Source: Dicyema japonicum
Taxonomy: Eukaryota > Animalia > Dicyemida
Direction of reading: 5' to 3'
Assembly: GCA_011109175.1 (NCBI GenBank)
Contig: RDEW01000019.1
Span: 858,921-922,920 of the forward strand
Length of the DNA: 64,000 nt
The notes beneath the pieces were generated by a model. That model saw only the letters and a list, made by a program, of their open reading frames with translations, did no database searches and was not told where the DNA came from. Of this stretch, positions 13,150 through 27,229 are shown piece by piece. The translations under genes and the position numbers were made by a program. How positions within the stretch are numbered: position 1 is the stretch's first letter; the number at the start of each line of letters is the position of its first letter.

Positions 13150-13900
13150 TTTCATCAATCGCTAAGAAGAAAGGTCAAACCTCCAACAGAAGTGTACTCA
13201 ATAGTCTGTGAGATGACGGTATAACAAACTGATGTAAACTGCGAGATACAGAAATCCCTTCTTTACAATCTCCTTCATTACTTCCAAAATCCCTTAGTCA
13301 TGATTTCCTCGATATGTCGTTTGAAGGTTATTTCAGTGTTATGTGTGACAACAATGAGCTAATTCTTTGTCAGAAGATTGGAGTGTTGCCGAGGAACATC
13401 TCAGCGACATCCATATCCTTTGACCGGTAGTGAATAGGTAAATTGTAATTTAGACAGCGACACAGACTGCACATTGGCAGATAGTCAGTTGTTCATTTTG
13501 TTAAAATGCAACTAGAATTCGGCAGTCACAAAAAGGAGATATATCCCTATAGACGGTGATGATGTAGTCCATCGGGATGTCTTTATTGAATGTTTTGTAG
13601 AAATAGGTTTAATGACGCAGATGTGGATGAAGAGCTATCGGTATCCATCGAGTTTTTCATGTTTACCGAAAAGGAATTTTCCTAATCAAATTTCGATTTT
13701 CAGGTAGATTTCAGTCAGGAAGATCTTTTTTGTTTAGAGTTGTCGAAACGGAGTCAAATACCTTGTGTATGTCGATAGAAACAAAAGCCGTAAGTTTTTG
13801 GAGGTTGGAACCATTGGTAATACACTGGGATTCAGATGTCGTGGTAGAAGGTATCAGCAGATCAAAGGAAATCTTCGTCAACTCAAATCTCGCCAACATT
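13150..13900 (-). mobile_element. Decayed LINE RT
   Basis: FVSIDIHKVFDSV motif. Confidence 0.6.
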
Positions 13901-14439
13901 TGGACATACTCTGTAAGATGACAGTCGTATTCTGTTTTCTTATTTTTATAATCAACGTAATTGGAAAGTTCTTCAAAATGTTCGGAATGATTTAGTCCAC
14001 AAATTAGTGATTACAGCCTTAATTCGAAGGCCTATGTGTTTAAAATGAATTCCAAAAACTCCGTCATGGCCACAGACACAGAAAACGATTAACTCATTTA
14101 TATTGGGGGTGTGTGTCCAACTGTGCAAAATCCACACGTAAAGAGCAACTCCTTCCAAAAAGTGGTACATTGAATAGATTGCGGATTAATCCTATTTTCT
14201 TCCGACTGCAGACAATATGAACGGAAGTTTGTAGTGCATAAAGATTCACTAGTTTGACTATACCGTTTCTGGGTAACCAATGATAGAATAACCATTATTC
14301 AAATTCACGTTGGGTTGAATAGAAGACGCCCGCGTAGCGGTCGTATCTCGAAAGATCTATAATTAATTTTTTTATTGGCCGTGTGGTTCCATGCGGCTAC
14401 TTGATTGAAGATTTCTTTTGACGACATAAAACAACTTAT

Positions 14440-14990
14440 TATCATTACAGGATCACCGTGTTAAAAGGAAAAAGAGAAAGTTCCCAACTAATTAAATGAC
14501 TCCAGACCGACATGGAGGGACGTCCTATACGACGTGGACCAGAATCCTGGATGGCTCTATAGATAGGACATGTGGTTATCTCGTATCTAGGGCGGTTTTA
14601 AGGTATTAGTTCATAGCTTCATAGAGGGGCTGCTAGACAGAGTAGCATCCTCAGCATCTTCTGCCGTCTTTGATAGCAGCTTCCTGGACTGCGGAGAGTT
14701 TCAGGAGAGATGAGTGGCTATTGAACACGACACACTTGCGTAGGTCAATGCCGGTTGTACAAATTGCCGATAGACATCGGAAAAGGTCCTAGCGATTCTT
14801 CCAAGGGGTTTTGAAATGATTTTCAAGATTCTCGTTATCGTAAGTGCCGCATTCGTCTGATTCTCAACAGTTTTGCGAATGTAAGTCCTTGTCAAATATC
14901 ACTCCCGCGATGGTTGGTGTGGCCGTAAATGGATTGTCGTATCTTTAATCATTGTCTTAGGCTTCCTTGTATAATGTTGTCTAAAAGATG
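14440..14990 (-). mobile_element. LINE 3' end (J1-related)
   Basis: VYRQFVQPALTYAS and the family 3' terminus. Confidence 0.6.
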
Positions 14991-15299
14991 TAAAGAGGGT
15001 CACAAAAATAAAACAACTTGCACTGGTAGCCGCCATAGACTAATAGAAGCCTGTTAAAAATTTATTGATTATTTACTTTGCCTTTACTAGTGACGCCTTC
15101 ATTGGTGAACATCTCACAGCAGAACCCGATTCCCTACAAAAGGACACAATCAAAAAAAAGAATTTAGGTGTATTCTTCTGTTCTCTCCCATTGATTAGGT
15201 ATGATAACTGTTCTTTACTTATAATGAAGTATTTTTTTCTGCCCGGGAGTAGCTATAGGTAACATAGCTCTTCGTAAAGTGAAGTAATCCTTTTGGGGA

Positions 15300-15700
15300 A
15301 CCAAGTTTCTCAGATTGTATGCATGTCACCAAGATGTATTAAATTTATCAAAACTAGAAAAGTATTTAAAAATCAAATCTTAAGTTTCAGATGTTAGTTT
15401 TTACTTAATCGTGAACGGGGGTTAATCCAGAGTAAGATTAAAGTCCTAAATGACGAACACGCTGTTAACCTATTTGATTCCAAGATAAGAGAGGTCAAAC
15501 AACGAAAAAATAATTCCAAGATGTTCCTGTCTATACGACTGATATGAAGGAAAAGAGATCCTGAAGCACTTGTTCTCCATGATCCAGATGGTAGAACAAT
15601 AGAAACCATGCCGAGCAAGCAGAAGCTGTGATATCTCTCGGTGAACATCTCTTTACTAAGAAAGAAAGAATCGGATTTTAAGTCATTAACAACCATCAGC
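15300..15700 (+). mobile_element. RTE linker fragment (duplicated at about 16260-16800)
   Basis: IREVKQRKNNSKMFLSIR..LVLHDPDG is homologous to IKKIESLKDNAKFYVAVK..IMIRDDKG of the 27-30 kb RTE. Confidence 0.55.
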
Positions 15701-17009
15701 GAACTTTATTACCAAAGGAAAGTAAAGAGGGTATTTTTAAGCTTCCTTCACACTTTTTGGATTTTACGTCAAAGGAGACCTACATCTTTGTACATCGCTA
15801 TTGAGTATCTCCTACGTAACAATATGTCAAAGATAGGATCTATGAATGCATTGTAGATCCTCAAATACGTCAGAAATATCCTTTATCTGTTAGTCATTAC
15901 GTCTCAAAATAGAGTTATTTTATTTTTATTTTATTTAACACCCAAGACTACGGTAAAACCAAAACCAACTATCACGTGATCCCTATGCGTTCCGCCAAAA
16001 TCTTCATTTTTTCCCGATGCTCCTCCCTCGTACCCACAAAAGCTCGTATTGGGCGGCTGACTGTATTTACAGGGCCACCTTCCCGCATGCCGGAGTTTTG
16101 TTTAATGAGGGCCTCCAGAGTAGTCGGTCAGGTTCTGTGTCTCCCACAAGACCACTNTTTTTTCTGCCCGGGAGTAGCTATAGGTAACATAGCTCTTCGT
16201 AAAGTGCAGTAATCCTATTGGGGAACCAAGTTTCTCAGATTGTATGCATGTCACACAGAAGTATTAAATTTATCAAAACTAGAAAAGTATTTAAAAATCA
16301 AATCTTAAGTTTCAGATGTTAGTTTTATACTTAATCGTGAACGGGGGTTAATCCAGAGTAAGATTAAAGTCCTAAATGACGAACACGCTGTTAACCTNAG
16401 TGAAATAATTCTTTTGGGGAACCAAGTTTCTCGGATTGTATGCATGTCACCCAGATGTATTAAATTTATCAAAACTAGAAAAGTATTTAAAAATCAAATC
16501 TTAAGTTTCAGATGTTAGTTTTTACTTAATCGTGAACGGGGGTTAATCCAGAGTAAGATTAAAGTCCTAAATGACGAACACGCTGTTAACCTATTTGATT
16601 CCAAGATAAGAGAGGTCAAACAACGAAAAAATAATTCCAAGGTGTTCCTGTCTATACGACTGATATGAAGGAAGAGGGATCCTGAAGCACTTGTTCTCCA
16701 TGATCCAAATGGTAGAACAATAGGAACCATGCCGAGCAAGCAGAAGCTGTGATATCTTTCGGTGAACATCTCTTTACTAAGAAAGAAAGAATCGGGTTTT
16801 AAGTCATTAACAAAGTAAAGAGGGTATTTTTTAAGCTTCCTTCACACTTCTTGGATTTTACGTCAAATGAGACCTACATCTTTGTACTTCGCTATTGAGT
16901 ATCTCCTACGTAACAATATGTCAAAGATAGGATCTATGAATGCATTGTAGATCCTCAAATACGTCAGAAATATCATTTATCTGTTAGTCATCACGTCTCA
17001 AAATAGAGT

Positions 17010-20000
17010 TATTTTATTTTTATTTTATTTAACACCCAAAACTACGGTAAAACCAAAACCAACTATCACGTGATCCCTATGCGTTCCGCCAAAATCCTCA
17101 TTCTTTCCCGGTGCTCCTCCCTCGTACCCACACAAGCTCGTACTGGGCGGCTGACTGTATTTACAAGGCCACTTTCCCGCATGCCGGAGTTTTGTTTAAT
17201 GAGGGCCTCCAGAGTAGTCGGTCCGGTTCTGTGTCTCCTACAAGACCACTGCTCTGTCATTCTGAAAGCTTTCTTTTAAACGTCCTCGATTTTCTTAGTA
17301 TTCGTCCATGATAATGAAAGTCCTCACGAATCACACACGTACGAGAAGCATGGTTTGATGTATTGTTTATAAATGTTCATCAAGACTGGGTGGGTACCTG
17401 TCTTCCATATTCTAGATAAACATTTCAATACATTGTTTTTCTTCTCGCACTTTAGACAATGTTTGTCACGTGTGGTGACAAACATATGTGCGTATCCAAT
17501 GACTCGCCCAAGATCTTCTGGCATTTGCTGAAGGGGATTTCAACGTTGTCCAATTTTAAGATGACAATCTTTTTCTCCAACCTACTGTCCAAAGTAAACA
17601 TAGACGTGACCGACTTTCTGGAATTTACCGTAACTCGGTTCTTCATTACCCAGGCGTTGAGTCGGTCCAGGTTAATTTGTGATCTTTCTGTAGCATTTTG
17701 GATATCCCGATCACGTGAGGCCAAAACAATGTCGTCTGCATATGAGAGTAGAACATCGTTATTAGATTCCGGTGTCGGGAGGTCCGCCAAGTATAAATTG
17801 AATAAAGCAGGGGATAAAGGAGATCCTTGGGGGACACCGTTTGGGAGAAGACGCGAGACTGATTTCAGTCCTCCGAGGCATACAAGAAATTTTTTATCCA
17901 AAGTTTAAGCTTCCCCGGGATCTCCGACTGGAAAATTTTATTTGATAATATTTTTCTCAAAATAGAATCAAATGCCTAGTTAATATCAATAGAACATAAA
18001 AATGTTTTCAAATGCCTTGGTTTGTTTGAAAATCCATCTCTAATGAAGTTGGTTAATTTCTGTAGGTACGTTGATGTAGAACACTAGTTCTTGAATCCGT
18101 GTTGAAAATCCTTTTCTGGTAAGAAAGTCTTGATTCTCCCAAGCACAAGCCTCTCCAGGATTTTCGATATGGAACATAATAATGACACAGGTCTAAATGA
18201 TGCCGGATCTTCCTTAGGTTTTCCAGGTTTCAGTATAGGTNAATGGAACATAAGAATGTTTTCAATGCCTTGGTTTGTTTGAAAATCCATCTCTAATGAA
18301 GTTTGTTAATTTCTGTAGGTATGTTGATGTAGAACACTCGTTCTTGAATCCGTGTTGAAAATCCTTTTCTGGTAAGAAAGCCTTGATTCTCCCAAGCACA
18401 AGCCTCTCCAGGATTTTCGATATGGAATATAACAATGACACAGGTCTAAATGATGCCGGATCTTCCTTAGGTTTTCCAGGTTTCAGTATAGGTCGGATGT
18501 TGGCTTGCTTCCATAACAACGGTATTACATTACAATTAATTGAATAGTTGTAAACCGACTCCAATATCTCCAAGGTTCTTCAATAACACTACTGGAATTT
18601 TGTCGGGACCGGCAGAGTACGTTGTTCTTGTAAAACGAAGCGCATTCTTCACGTCTTCATCCGAGAAGTAAACTGGGTTAGAATTTTTCTTCAGTTTTCT
18701 TCATGAAGAGAGAAGCACTTCCGACTTCCTGTGTTCTTTGTACGAAAATTTTGTGTAGAATTTTATCAAATTGTTAACGTCCCGTTGAGTATAGTCATCT
18801 TCGGGGGAAGTTTCTTCGCACTTTTGCAACGTTTCGAATGGCTTTCCACACTTTTCCGGTACTATCGTTGCGATTTATTCTTGAAAGAATCCGATTCTGG
18901 GCCTTGAACTCTCAGGCCATTATTTTGTTGTTTAAGCTCTGATCCTTAGTTTCGTTTCTAATGTGATCCAATTAGATTTTTTGAGGTGATTTCTTTCTCT
19001 GATCAATGCCGACTCCCTTCTACCATTAGAGGAGTTTAGACGATGCTTGGGAATAGCCAATGATCTTGCTTCTAGGATTGTGCAAGTAAAGTATTTGATC
19101 GCTTTTTCTAGCGATTTGAAGCTGACCAAGTAACAATTCTTCAGTCTATCATCAGAGATTGCGTGATACAATTCTCAATTAGCAGCTTTGTAGTTATGAC
19201 TAGCAGGTGTTCTTTTCACTCTGACTTCTCTCATGACCTTCACAATTGGATTATGATCGCTTCTTGTTTCGTAGAGGACTGACCAATCAATTTTTGATGA
19301 AAGCGACGATGAGCAGAGTGTTACATCCGGTGAGGTAAGCTGATCCGTCTCTCTGAGTGAGGTCCTTGTATTTTTCGCTGGATCGTTTAGTATCGTTAAG
19401 GAGTCCGATTTCAATAACAATAGCTTCCTTCTCGTGTCGGCCTGTTGGGTTGACAACCATAATGGGTGCTTTGCGTTTAAATCTCCACATATGATTATCT
19501 CATTGTAGATAGCCAATCTTGATAGGTTTGGAATAACATAGTCCTTTGGGCAAGAGCCAAGAGGAAACAAGTAGATATTCACGAGGCACACACTTCCTTT
19601 CGTTGTCCCAAGCGAGATTCCAATTGCCTCAGTAACCTCGTCATTTCCAACAAGTTTTCTCACTTCCGAAGTAATGTCGCATTTCAAATTCTTTTTGAAT
19701 AGAGTAAGTAGTCCACCCCTTCTTTTCTTTTTACGGTCTATCTTGATTGCCTCGTATCTAAGGAATAAAGGAGTGGAATCATTCATGCGGAGTTTAGTTT
19801 CTTGAATCATGGCCACGTCGATCTTCTGATTTGCCAGGATTGACGGAGTTCCCTGACCTTGCCTTTACTTCCGTTGATGTTCAATTGGAGAGCAGTAAAT
19901 TTCCTTTCTCCACAGTGGGCTGAGGGTTTTCGCCGGGAATGTTTGGACTCCTTGCCTTTACTTCCGTTGATGTTCAATTGGAGAGCAGTAAATTTCCTTT

Positions 20001-20112
20001 CTCCACAGTGGGCTGAGGGTTTTTGCCGGGAATGTTTGGACTTTTTTAAAGCACATCGCCGGGGGTCGATAATGACCCCGGGAGGAAGGGGTCTAATAGT
20101 CCTTTTCGGAGG
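17010..20112 (-). mobile_element. Near full-length (about 3.1 kb) single-ORF APE-RT LINE, I/Jockey group (family J1), decayed
   Basis: APE (MIQETKL, CGDLNAKH, SDHNPI), RT (SFRPVSLL, FQHGF, GVPQGSPLSPALFNLY, YADD), C-terminus ..ERIGIT* and an A-rich (TAAAA) tail. Contains frameshifts and one assembly duplication. Confidence 0.9.
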
Positions 20113-20539
20113 GAAAATTTATGAATAGTATAGGATAACTAATCCCCATGAAAATATCATTTACTTAAGGATACATAGTCATAGGAGTATTCTTTTGACT
20201 ATTAACTGCAAAAACTGTGGACCTTCTCTTAAGCAGATCTCCCAATCAAATAAATTTTGATCTGGATATTAGATTTTTTCTACCTTGTTTGTGGTTCATT
20301 TGATGACAATGAAGGATATTGTCGCAAGTAATACTATTGATCGTTAATTAAAGGACCTTCAACTTTATCCGATTTCGATTTTTGTAGTGGTATTAATAAA
20401 TCTTCATGTGCATGACACGTAATATCCCTAATTTTTTCCTTGGATATTTAAAATCGATATTGTTGAGTCAATCACATATTTGTATTATCAATAATCAATT
20501 ATTCATGTTTTTGTTGAATGTTTTTCAAGATAAAATTAT

Positions 20540-20860
20540 CCCACAGACCTGGGATGGAGTTGTCTCGAAATGTTTCAAAAACTATAAAGCTATCTGTTGA
20601 AGGAGCAACGAGAACTTACACCCAGTCAGTTATGTAAAAAAAGACTATCGAAAGCATGCTAGTTAAACGCAAACATGGGATGAAGGATTTGATGGAGAGT
20701 ACACCTCTCAACTTTTTGAACTGGCATGACGTGAGGACATCCCACAGAACTCTTAGAGATATTCCGACTGACTCTGATGTGGAGATGGGGGATAAGAGGG
20801 AGTTGATGGCAAACTCTTCTTCTGAGAGAAGAAGAATCCACTTAGATAATTTACTCGTTT
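20540..20860 (+). mobile_element. R4/Dong-type REL 3' fragment, decayed
   Basis: TWDGVVSK..TYTQSV*KKTIESM is homologous to TWEG..LQSTVLKRTLES. Confidence 0.6.
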
Positions 20861-21699
20861 TACTTTATGGCCACTTTTAAATGTTTTTGTCCGCCTCAAA
20901 GCATCGTCTTCCTGTGATCCTATAGAAGGAATGTAAGTTTAGTATCCACGGCACGCTCTGTTTAGTAAATAAATTGAAAGAGTCCAGTATTCCAAAACAG
21001 TTTCATTGGGAGAAAGGGAAAACTTAAATAATATTGGACACTTGTGCCGTTGAGAGACTGAAAAATATTGAGATAATTGACAAGGTCCAGATAAACACCT
21101 TAAAGAAATCGTGATAAATTTCAGATACGGAGAGGACCTTGACAGGATACGGGACATAACACTGTAGAGATTTAAATTTTAATCTAAAATCACTGATGGA
21201 TCAAAAATTCAGATAATTCCATAATTTTTAATAATTTTGCATAATACAAGGTTAGACTATTAATTTGCGAGAAATAGTAACTGTAGCCGCGAGTTACCAT
21301 GTGAATACTTGATTGAAGATTTTTGGCGTCTGATAGACTTTGGTTAAATTCAGTCTCGCCATACATTAAATCTCTTTAAAGTGGTCCACTTGAATGCATG
21401 AGAATTAATAGTTTCAGGAATTCATTACTATTTTCACATCCACCAGAGCACATATAAAGCCTGTTTGGCCCTGTGAAAGCCGAAATGTTGAAAAGAATGA
21501 TCTACCTGACAAAGTGATGTTTACTCCTCTTGCTATGTAGACTGCCGGTGCCATTAGATCGTCTACATTGGAATTCCTGAGTCGGTTTGGTAATTAGTCT
21601 TCCCCACGCTCTGGTGATTTCCATGAGCTACACTAGTTGAGCAAGTTTCTATTGCAATTTAAAAAGGAATAGGCATCCAGTCAGGATTCTTACATTCAT

Positions 21700-22830
21700 T
21701 TAGCTATTAACTCCTAATTTGGTTTCAATTGATTATTGATTGAGAGTCATATTTCGTAATGACTATAGGCTTACCAATTCCAAAAATATTGACGTATTGC
21801 TAAAATATTCACTAAATAATCAATATATATTGGATTAATTATTATAGCCTATTGAAACTAAGAAAGGCTTTATTCAGCAAGAGAACAACTTGGAGGGGGT
21901 TGGTACCTGCTGTGAATAAAATTGTGTGATTACTTTTTCAATTTTTCTAAGGTAGGAGAAAAAGCGAATTATGTCAAAGGAAGCCTGGAATTCTTCGAGC
22001 CATTAAATCCTAGAAAACCTATATTGACTCAATCACGATAAGGGGTTAATCCAGTAAAGTTAAAAACTCATTCAGTGCAATCTATATCCGTCAATGGGGC
22101 TGTTGAGATTGGAGTGGTTACAATAATAAGCATGGAAACATTCTTATCGGAGTTTGGCTCACCTCGCAACAGGTTTAAAGGGAAGTCTATGTAGATAAGT
22201 ACTTTAACAGAATCTGTTGGTGGGTGTACCAGTAATCCATGATACCAAAGTGAACATAGTAACCATGGTACTAACCTGGGACGATATTGTAAACAAGTTC
22301 AATGAACACAATACATGATTCCACAAGAGCATCATAATTAGAAGACCCTTGAGAGTATTTCAGTAGAAAATAAATATGGGTTGGCCATAACAGACGGTTT
22401 ACCAGAAACTGACATTGTTTGAGGATTTAGTGAATGAAATGGATCTTCTTAGCTGGGATCAAGAAGTAATTTAAATTGGTTATTTTGGAGAACCAAAAAC
22501 TTACCATGTTAAATGCTTTCTTTATAATTTATGTCGCCTCTTTGGGTCTTCAATGTCTCGTAGCAACTATAAGGTCTTTAGTGTAAGACAAATGTGGGGT
22601 TAAAAGGTCGCTAAGATTAGACTAAACAATATTGGAGACAACGGGAATTTTTGTGGAACTCCGTTTGAAAAATATCGTGATTTCGATTTTTGGTTGTTTA
22701 CATGAAAAAAACATTCGTTCTTTTTTACTTTATCGGTTATTAAATATCACATGTCTACTACGGGTGGTAATAAAATTTTCCAACCATGATTTGAAATTAG
22801 GATGGATAGACGCCAGGAAGATTTTTGTTG
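21700..22830 (-). mobile_element. Decayed LINE RT
   Basis: KSWLENFITTRSRHV..NGVPQKFPLSPILF. Confidence 0.65.
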
Positions 22831-22849
22831 TTAGGATCTTCTGGGAGAT

Positions 22850-23210
22850 GGAGTAAAACAGAGACCAAACCACTTCTGGGTTGGAGTATTTGGCCCATCA
22901 GAAATAAATTGATTGGTTAGCTGTGGAGTATAATATTACTTAACTACATTACACTGTAATTACGGAATAAACATGTAATAAGCCAATTTTGAAAAGCTAA
23001 CTCTTTATTAAAGAAAAAAGAACTATTCAGATAAACTACTTTCTTTCTCACGTGTCTTCTGCCCCTACCGAAGATTTTGGCCAGCTCTCTAAAATTATCC
23101 TTCCGCACTGTAGGTTGCAAAAAAAGACTCGCGCGACGTTGGTCGAGGAGCATGCTCTTTTGAGCCAGCTACTTATATATTTCTATCCACTTACAACTTC
23201 CTCAAGTACC
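22850..23210 (-). CDS. Possible small unidentified spliced gene, head-to-head with the cyclin
   Basis: A good 26-nt intron candidate (gtaagtggatagaaatatataagtag) joins MLNFTGVLEEV to LAQKSMLLDQRRASLFLQ.. No family recognised. Confidence 0.2.
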
Positions 23211-23640
23211 CCTGTGAAATTTAGCATCGATGTAGCTCCATGTCTTCATATATGGAATGACATGGGCTTAAAGCCAGTCTAGTAAATTTAATGAGGATTA
23301 AAATAGTGATTTAATTGTAGCTTGTTATAAACCACTAATTATCCATAAATCAACTTATTGTCATTTAATTACAAATTATATTAAATTGTAGTCATTTTGA
23401 TTAAATCAGAGTGTAAAATGATTAAATGATCTCGATAATATCGATGAAACAATAGGTTTTTAAAATAACTTTAAAATGAATTTTACTTTGTGCTAAAATA
23501 TTTTTCAAATGCAAATAGAGTACTTTAGTTATATTAAAAAATAATTTTATTTTTTAATTATATTTTCAGATTGGATACCTAATTTACTAAAACGTAATAT
23601 ATCGGAGCGATTCTTTTGTTACTCTTATTTCTGTAAGTGG

Positions 23641-24818
23641 ATGCTGGGGTTAGAATCATATTGCCAATATTATAGGAATTCTAACAAAGTTGCTCACAAT
23701 ATTCACATAGTAGCAAAAAAATCCCCCAGCAAATTACATGTGGGAAAGGAGAACGCATTCGTATTTCTTAGCTTTAGGCAACTATATTGTAGGATAAACA
23801 GTCTTTTTGGGAGTACAAATTGGATCCAAACTACTGCAGGGATCACGAACGTTGTACTCACTCGTCTGCAGTCATTGCATGCAATCATTTGATGTTACCT
23901 GAGTTTGTTAATAACGTGTTATTATATATGTTTGCATGTGAGGTTAAATATTTATATAATTTTTAGAAATTTTTTATTATTAAAAATGAGAAAAATTTTA
24001 GTGGGCTTTTCTCCAGTGAAACACGTCGACGTGTGCTCGACAGAATCGATAAATTATGTTACAAACTTGAGTTTTCTTTGGAAACAAAGTACAAGACTAT
24101 TCAAATGTTGGACCGACAAACTCAAGTTGACTATGGTGATAATATTAGGCCATTGGGATATCTGAGAAGACCGACTATACTGCCCTGGCTTACACAGCGT
24201 TGTTTGTTGCCTGTAAAATGCACGAGGTCTCCTGTTATGCCTTTGATGACTTTGCTGATATGCTCAAACTTGATAGTAGTCTTAAAAAGAAACTATTGAA
24301 TGGGGAGATGAAACTTTTGGAGGATCTTGACTTTTTAACTAATGGTCCCCTTGTTACTGACTTTGTTTATAGGGCTCTCACAGTCTCTAAAGTACTATAA
24401 TGTTGTTATTGTAGGATGGGGAGTCTGTTTCCTTGGCAACTCATTATCTATGTGAAATATTTGTACACGATGACTGTTCAGTGACTGCTATTCCATCACT
24501 TATTGCCTGTTCTGCCTTGTGGTTGGCTAGGAGACAACTGAAGGGTCGCTCACCTTGGGTTTGTTGGTTTGAGTATTGTAGAATGCCAGACTAACAGCTT
24601 TTCTAGTTCATTCTGAAAGTCAAATAGTGAAGCAAGTGAAGACCTTGATTCAATGTGTAATAAATTATAATAGGGGGAGCAATCATTTCAATGTTTGTGA
24701 GTGTTGTTACTGTTAGTCCATTAATAGAAGATATTCAGTGAGTAAAGTATTCCTTTTGGAGGTTAAACCTCTATTCAACTCTCAAAAGCTCCTTGATTTG
24801 CTCTCAAACCTTAACTAG
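23641..24818 (+). CDS. cycB: Divergent B-type cyclin, about 340 aa, six phase-0 introns
   Basis: Introns at 23761-92 (32), 23943-66 (24), 24126-48 (23), 24392-414 (23), 24559-81 (23) and 24693-716 (24) join one open frame: LPEFVNNVLLYMFACE|K..TRRRVLDRI..ETKYKTIQMLDRQTQ|..TALFVACKMHE..NGEMKLLEDLDF..|..HYLCEI..PSLIACSALWLAR..PW|..HFN|SINRRYS. Two cyclin folds are present. The start codon is uncertain. Confidence 0.85.
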
Positions 24819-25739
24819 GCTTGTATTTTATATAAAATTAATTATTATTATTCCTTTTATTTATATAATTAGGATTATTGATTATGTTTTTAATTAAAGA
24901 GACAAAGATATTATTAACTAGTCATTCGTATCCACTTGGCGCGCTGTGGTCGTCACTTGAATTTATATTCATGTCAGTGCAAGATTGGATAACCGTCCAT
25001 TCCACTATTCCCATCGTGACTCCACACTCATGAAAAGAAGGAAGGCGGAGGCTTTCATTCATCATAAATCAAAGTGGACACTGTGCTAACCGCTTCAGAG
25101 CTTTCGAAGGCGATTATGACAAGTTGAAACTATCTCCATTAATGTCAGAATGAGATGTCAATAAGATCAATACGCGAAGCAATGAATGGAACGATACACG
25201 TCGATCCCATACTTGATATATTCCATGATTAATGGCCATCACATCAGGTCTCTTTCTCTCTTTGCTGTCAAGACTGGGAGATCAATCAAAGACGAATTCC
25301 CATTCGAATCTAATTTAGGGCTGTGTGCCTGGCAAGAATGAATCCCTTTCGGTCAACCATCACCCCACAGCGTTAAATGTGAGGTTCGCAAACGTTAAAC
25401 CCGAGACACAATCCATCGCTGATGAGGAGGTTCTTGTCTAACAAAGGGTATTAATTAGTAGTAATTTTATTCAAATTAACTCTAATTTCCATAATTTTAT
25501 ATCTTTGTGATTATTTTACTGAATCTTTGATAAACTATATTATTGATTGGGGATCTTTGAGAGCGAAAGCTATGCGCCCGATCAATAGCCGCCATCTCCT
25601 GTCCGACTTCCCAAAGGTCGTTGAAAAGGTTGATAGGGGAATAATTGTGGTTCTTTTAGTTGCAAGATTGAAACCGATATCCAATTTTCTCCACGTGAAG
25701 GTGAACCACATCAAGACAAGAGTTGTCTGAAACAGATAC

Positions 25740-26100
25740 ATACACAGTTTTATTTCTACAAGAAGCATCCGAAGACTTGAAAATAATAAAATACTACACC
25801 GACCCCCTTCTCCAACAGACCAATCAGAATCCTCTCTTCCGAGGGACATCCGAGTAAACCTGGCTCGTCTACAATGTGGGCACCACCCCTATCTACCAAC
25901 GTACGATATCCTCTGTCCCTTTTGCAACCTCAACGTGTTGACAACAAATCATCAATTTGAATGTCATGAATTAGCACAACGTTCTTCTACAATGCCAGGA
26001 CTGACCGATCTATAGGAGCGATCAACATTTGCTGCGTCCTATTTAATAGCTGCTGGCCTCCTACAAGTTAGTAAGGCCAGGGTTACTTAACTAACTAACT
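25740..26100 (+). mobile_element. LINE 3' end with a C-terminal CCHC finger and a (TAAC)n tail
   Basis: SLPRDIRVNLARLQCGH..CPFC..TTNHQFEC, then GTTACTTAACTAACTAAC. The same tail occurs near 1060. Confidence 0.7.
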
Positions 26101-27229
26101 TGATTGGGGGATCCAATATTAGTTGTGGTCATAATTTTTAAGACTATTAGAATGCAAATTAAAGACAATGCTTTTGTAGTTAATTTGTCTGGGCTTTATT
26201 TGGTTGTCATTTGTACCATCACACTTTTACTCCTACTTGACACATAATAATTTTCACCAGCTATTGTTGAGACAACTGCAGACATAGGCGGGAAATAACG
26301 CCATGACGTCCGTGAAACTCACTGGCTCTTCTAGATGCTCTGCGTTGCTACAGCGAGACGCAACGCTGCATCAATTATGTCGGTGTGAATCAATNNNNNN
26401 NNNNNNNNNNNNNNNNNNNNNNNNNNNNNNNNNNNNNNNNNNNNNNNNNNNNNNNNNNNNNNNNNNNNNNNNNNNNNNNNNNNNNNNNNNNNNNNNNNNN
26501 NNNNNNNNNNNNNNNNNNNNNNNNNNNNNNNNNNNNNNNNNNNNNNNNNNNNNNNNNNNNNNNNNNNNNNNNNNNNNNNNNNNNNNNNNNNNNNNNNNNN
26601 NNNNNNNNNNNNNNNNNNNNNNNNNNNNNNNNNNNNNNNNNNNNNNNNNNNNNNNNNNNNNNNNNNNNNNNNNNNNNNNNNNNNNNNNNNNNNNNNNNNN
26701 NNNNNNNNNNNNNNNNNNNNNNNNNNNNNNNNNNNNNNNNNNNNNNNNNNNNNNNNNNNNNNNNNNNATCCAATATTAGTTGTGGTCATAATTTTTAAGA
26801 CTATTAGAGTGCAAATTAAAGACAATGCTTTTGTACTTAATTTGTCTGGGCTTTATTTGGTTGTCATTTGTACCATCACACTTTTACTCCTACTTGACAC
26901 ATAATAATTTTCACCAGCTATTGTTGAGACAACTGCAGACATAGGCGGGAAATAAGGCCATGACGTCCGTGAAACTCACTGGCTCTTCTAGATGCTCTGC
27001 GTTGCTACAGCGAGACGCAACGCTGCATCAATTATGTCGGTGTGAATCAATGGTTATAATCACATTAACAATTAGAAATATTTTCTCCGAATACTGCGAA
27101 GATCGAACCCAACAAACCTAGTCATTTGATTAAATGCACTCACAATGTATAAATGGAGTTTACAACATTTGTATCAATTACTGGTGAAAGCCATTCATCT
27201 ATTTATTATTATTAGCAATGACGCGGAAC

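Noticed and set aside
20030-20075. 2A-like peptide (GDV..) at the LINE N-terminus
   Set aside because: No NPGP, and not conserved in the 52800 copy.
20110-20350. DQNLFDWEICLRE resembling an E2 enzyme on the minus strand
   Set aside because: It cannot be extended to the PxxYP or HPN motifs with any intron choice.
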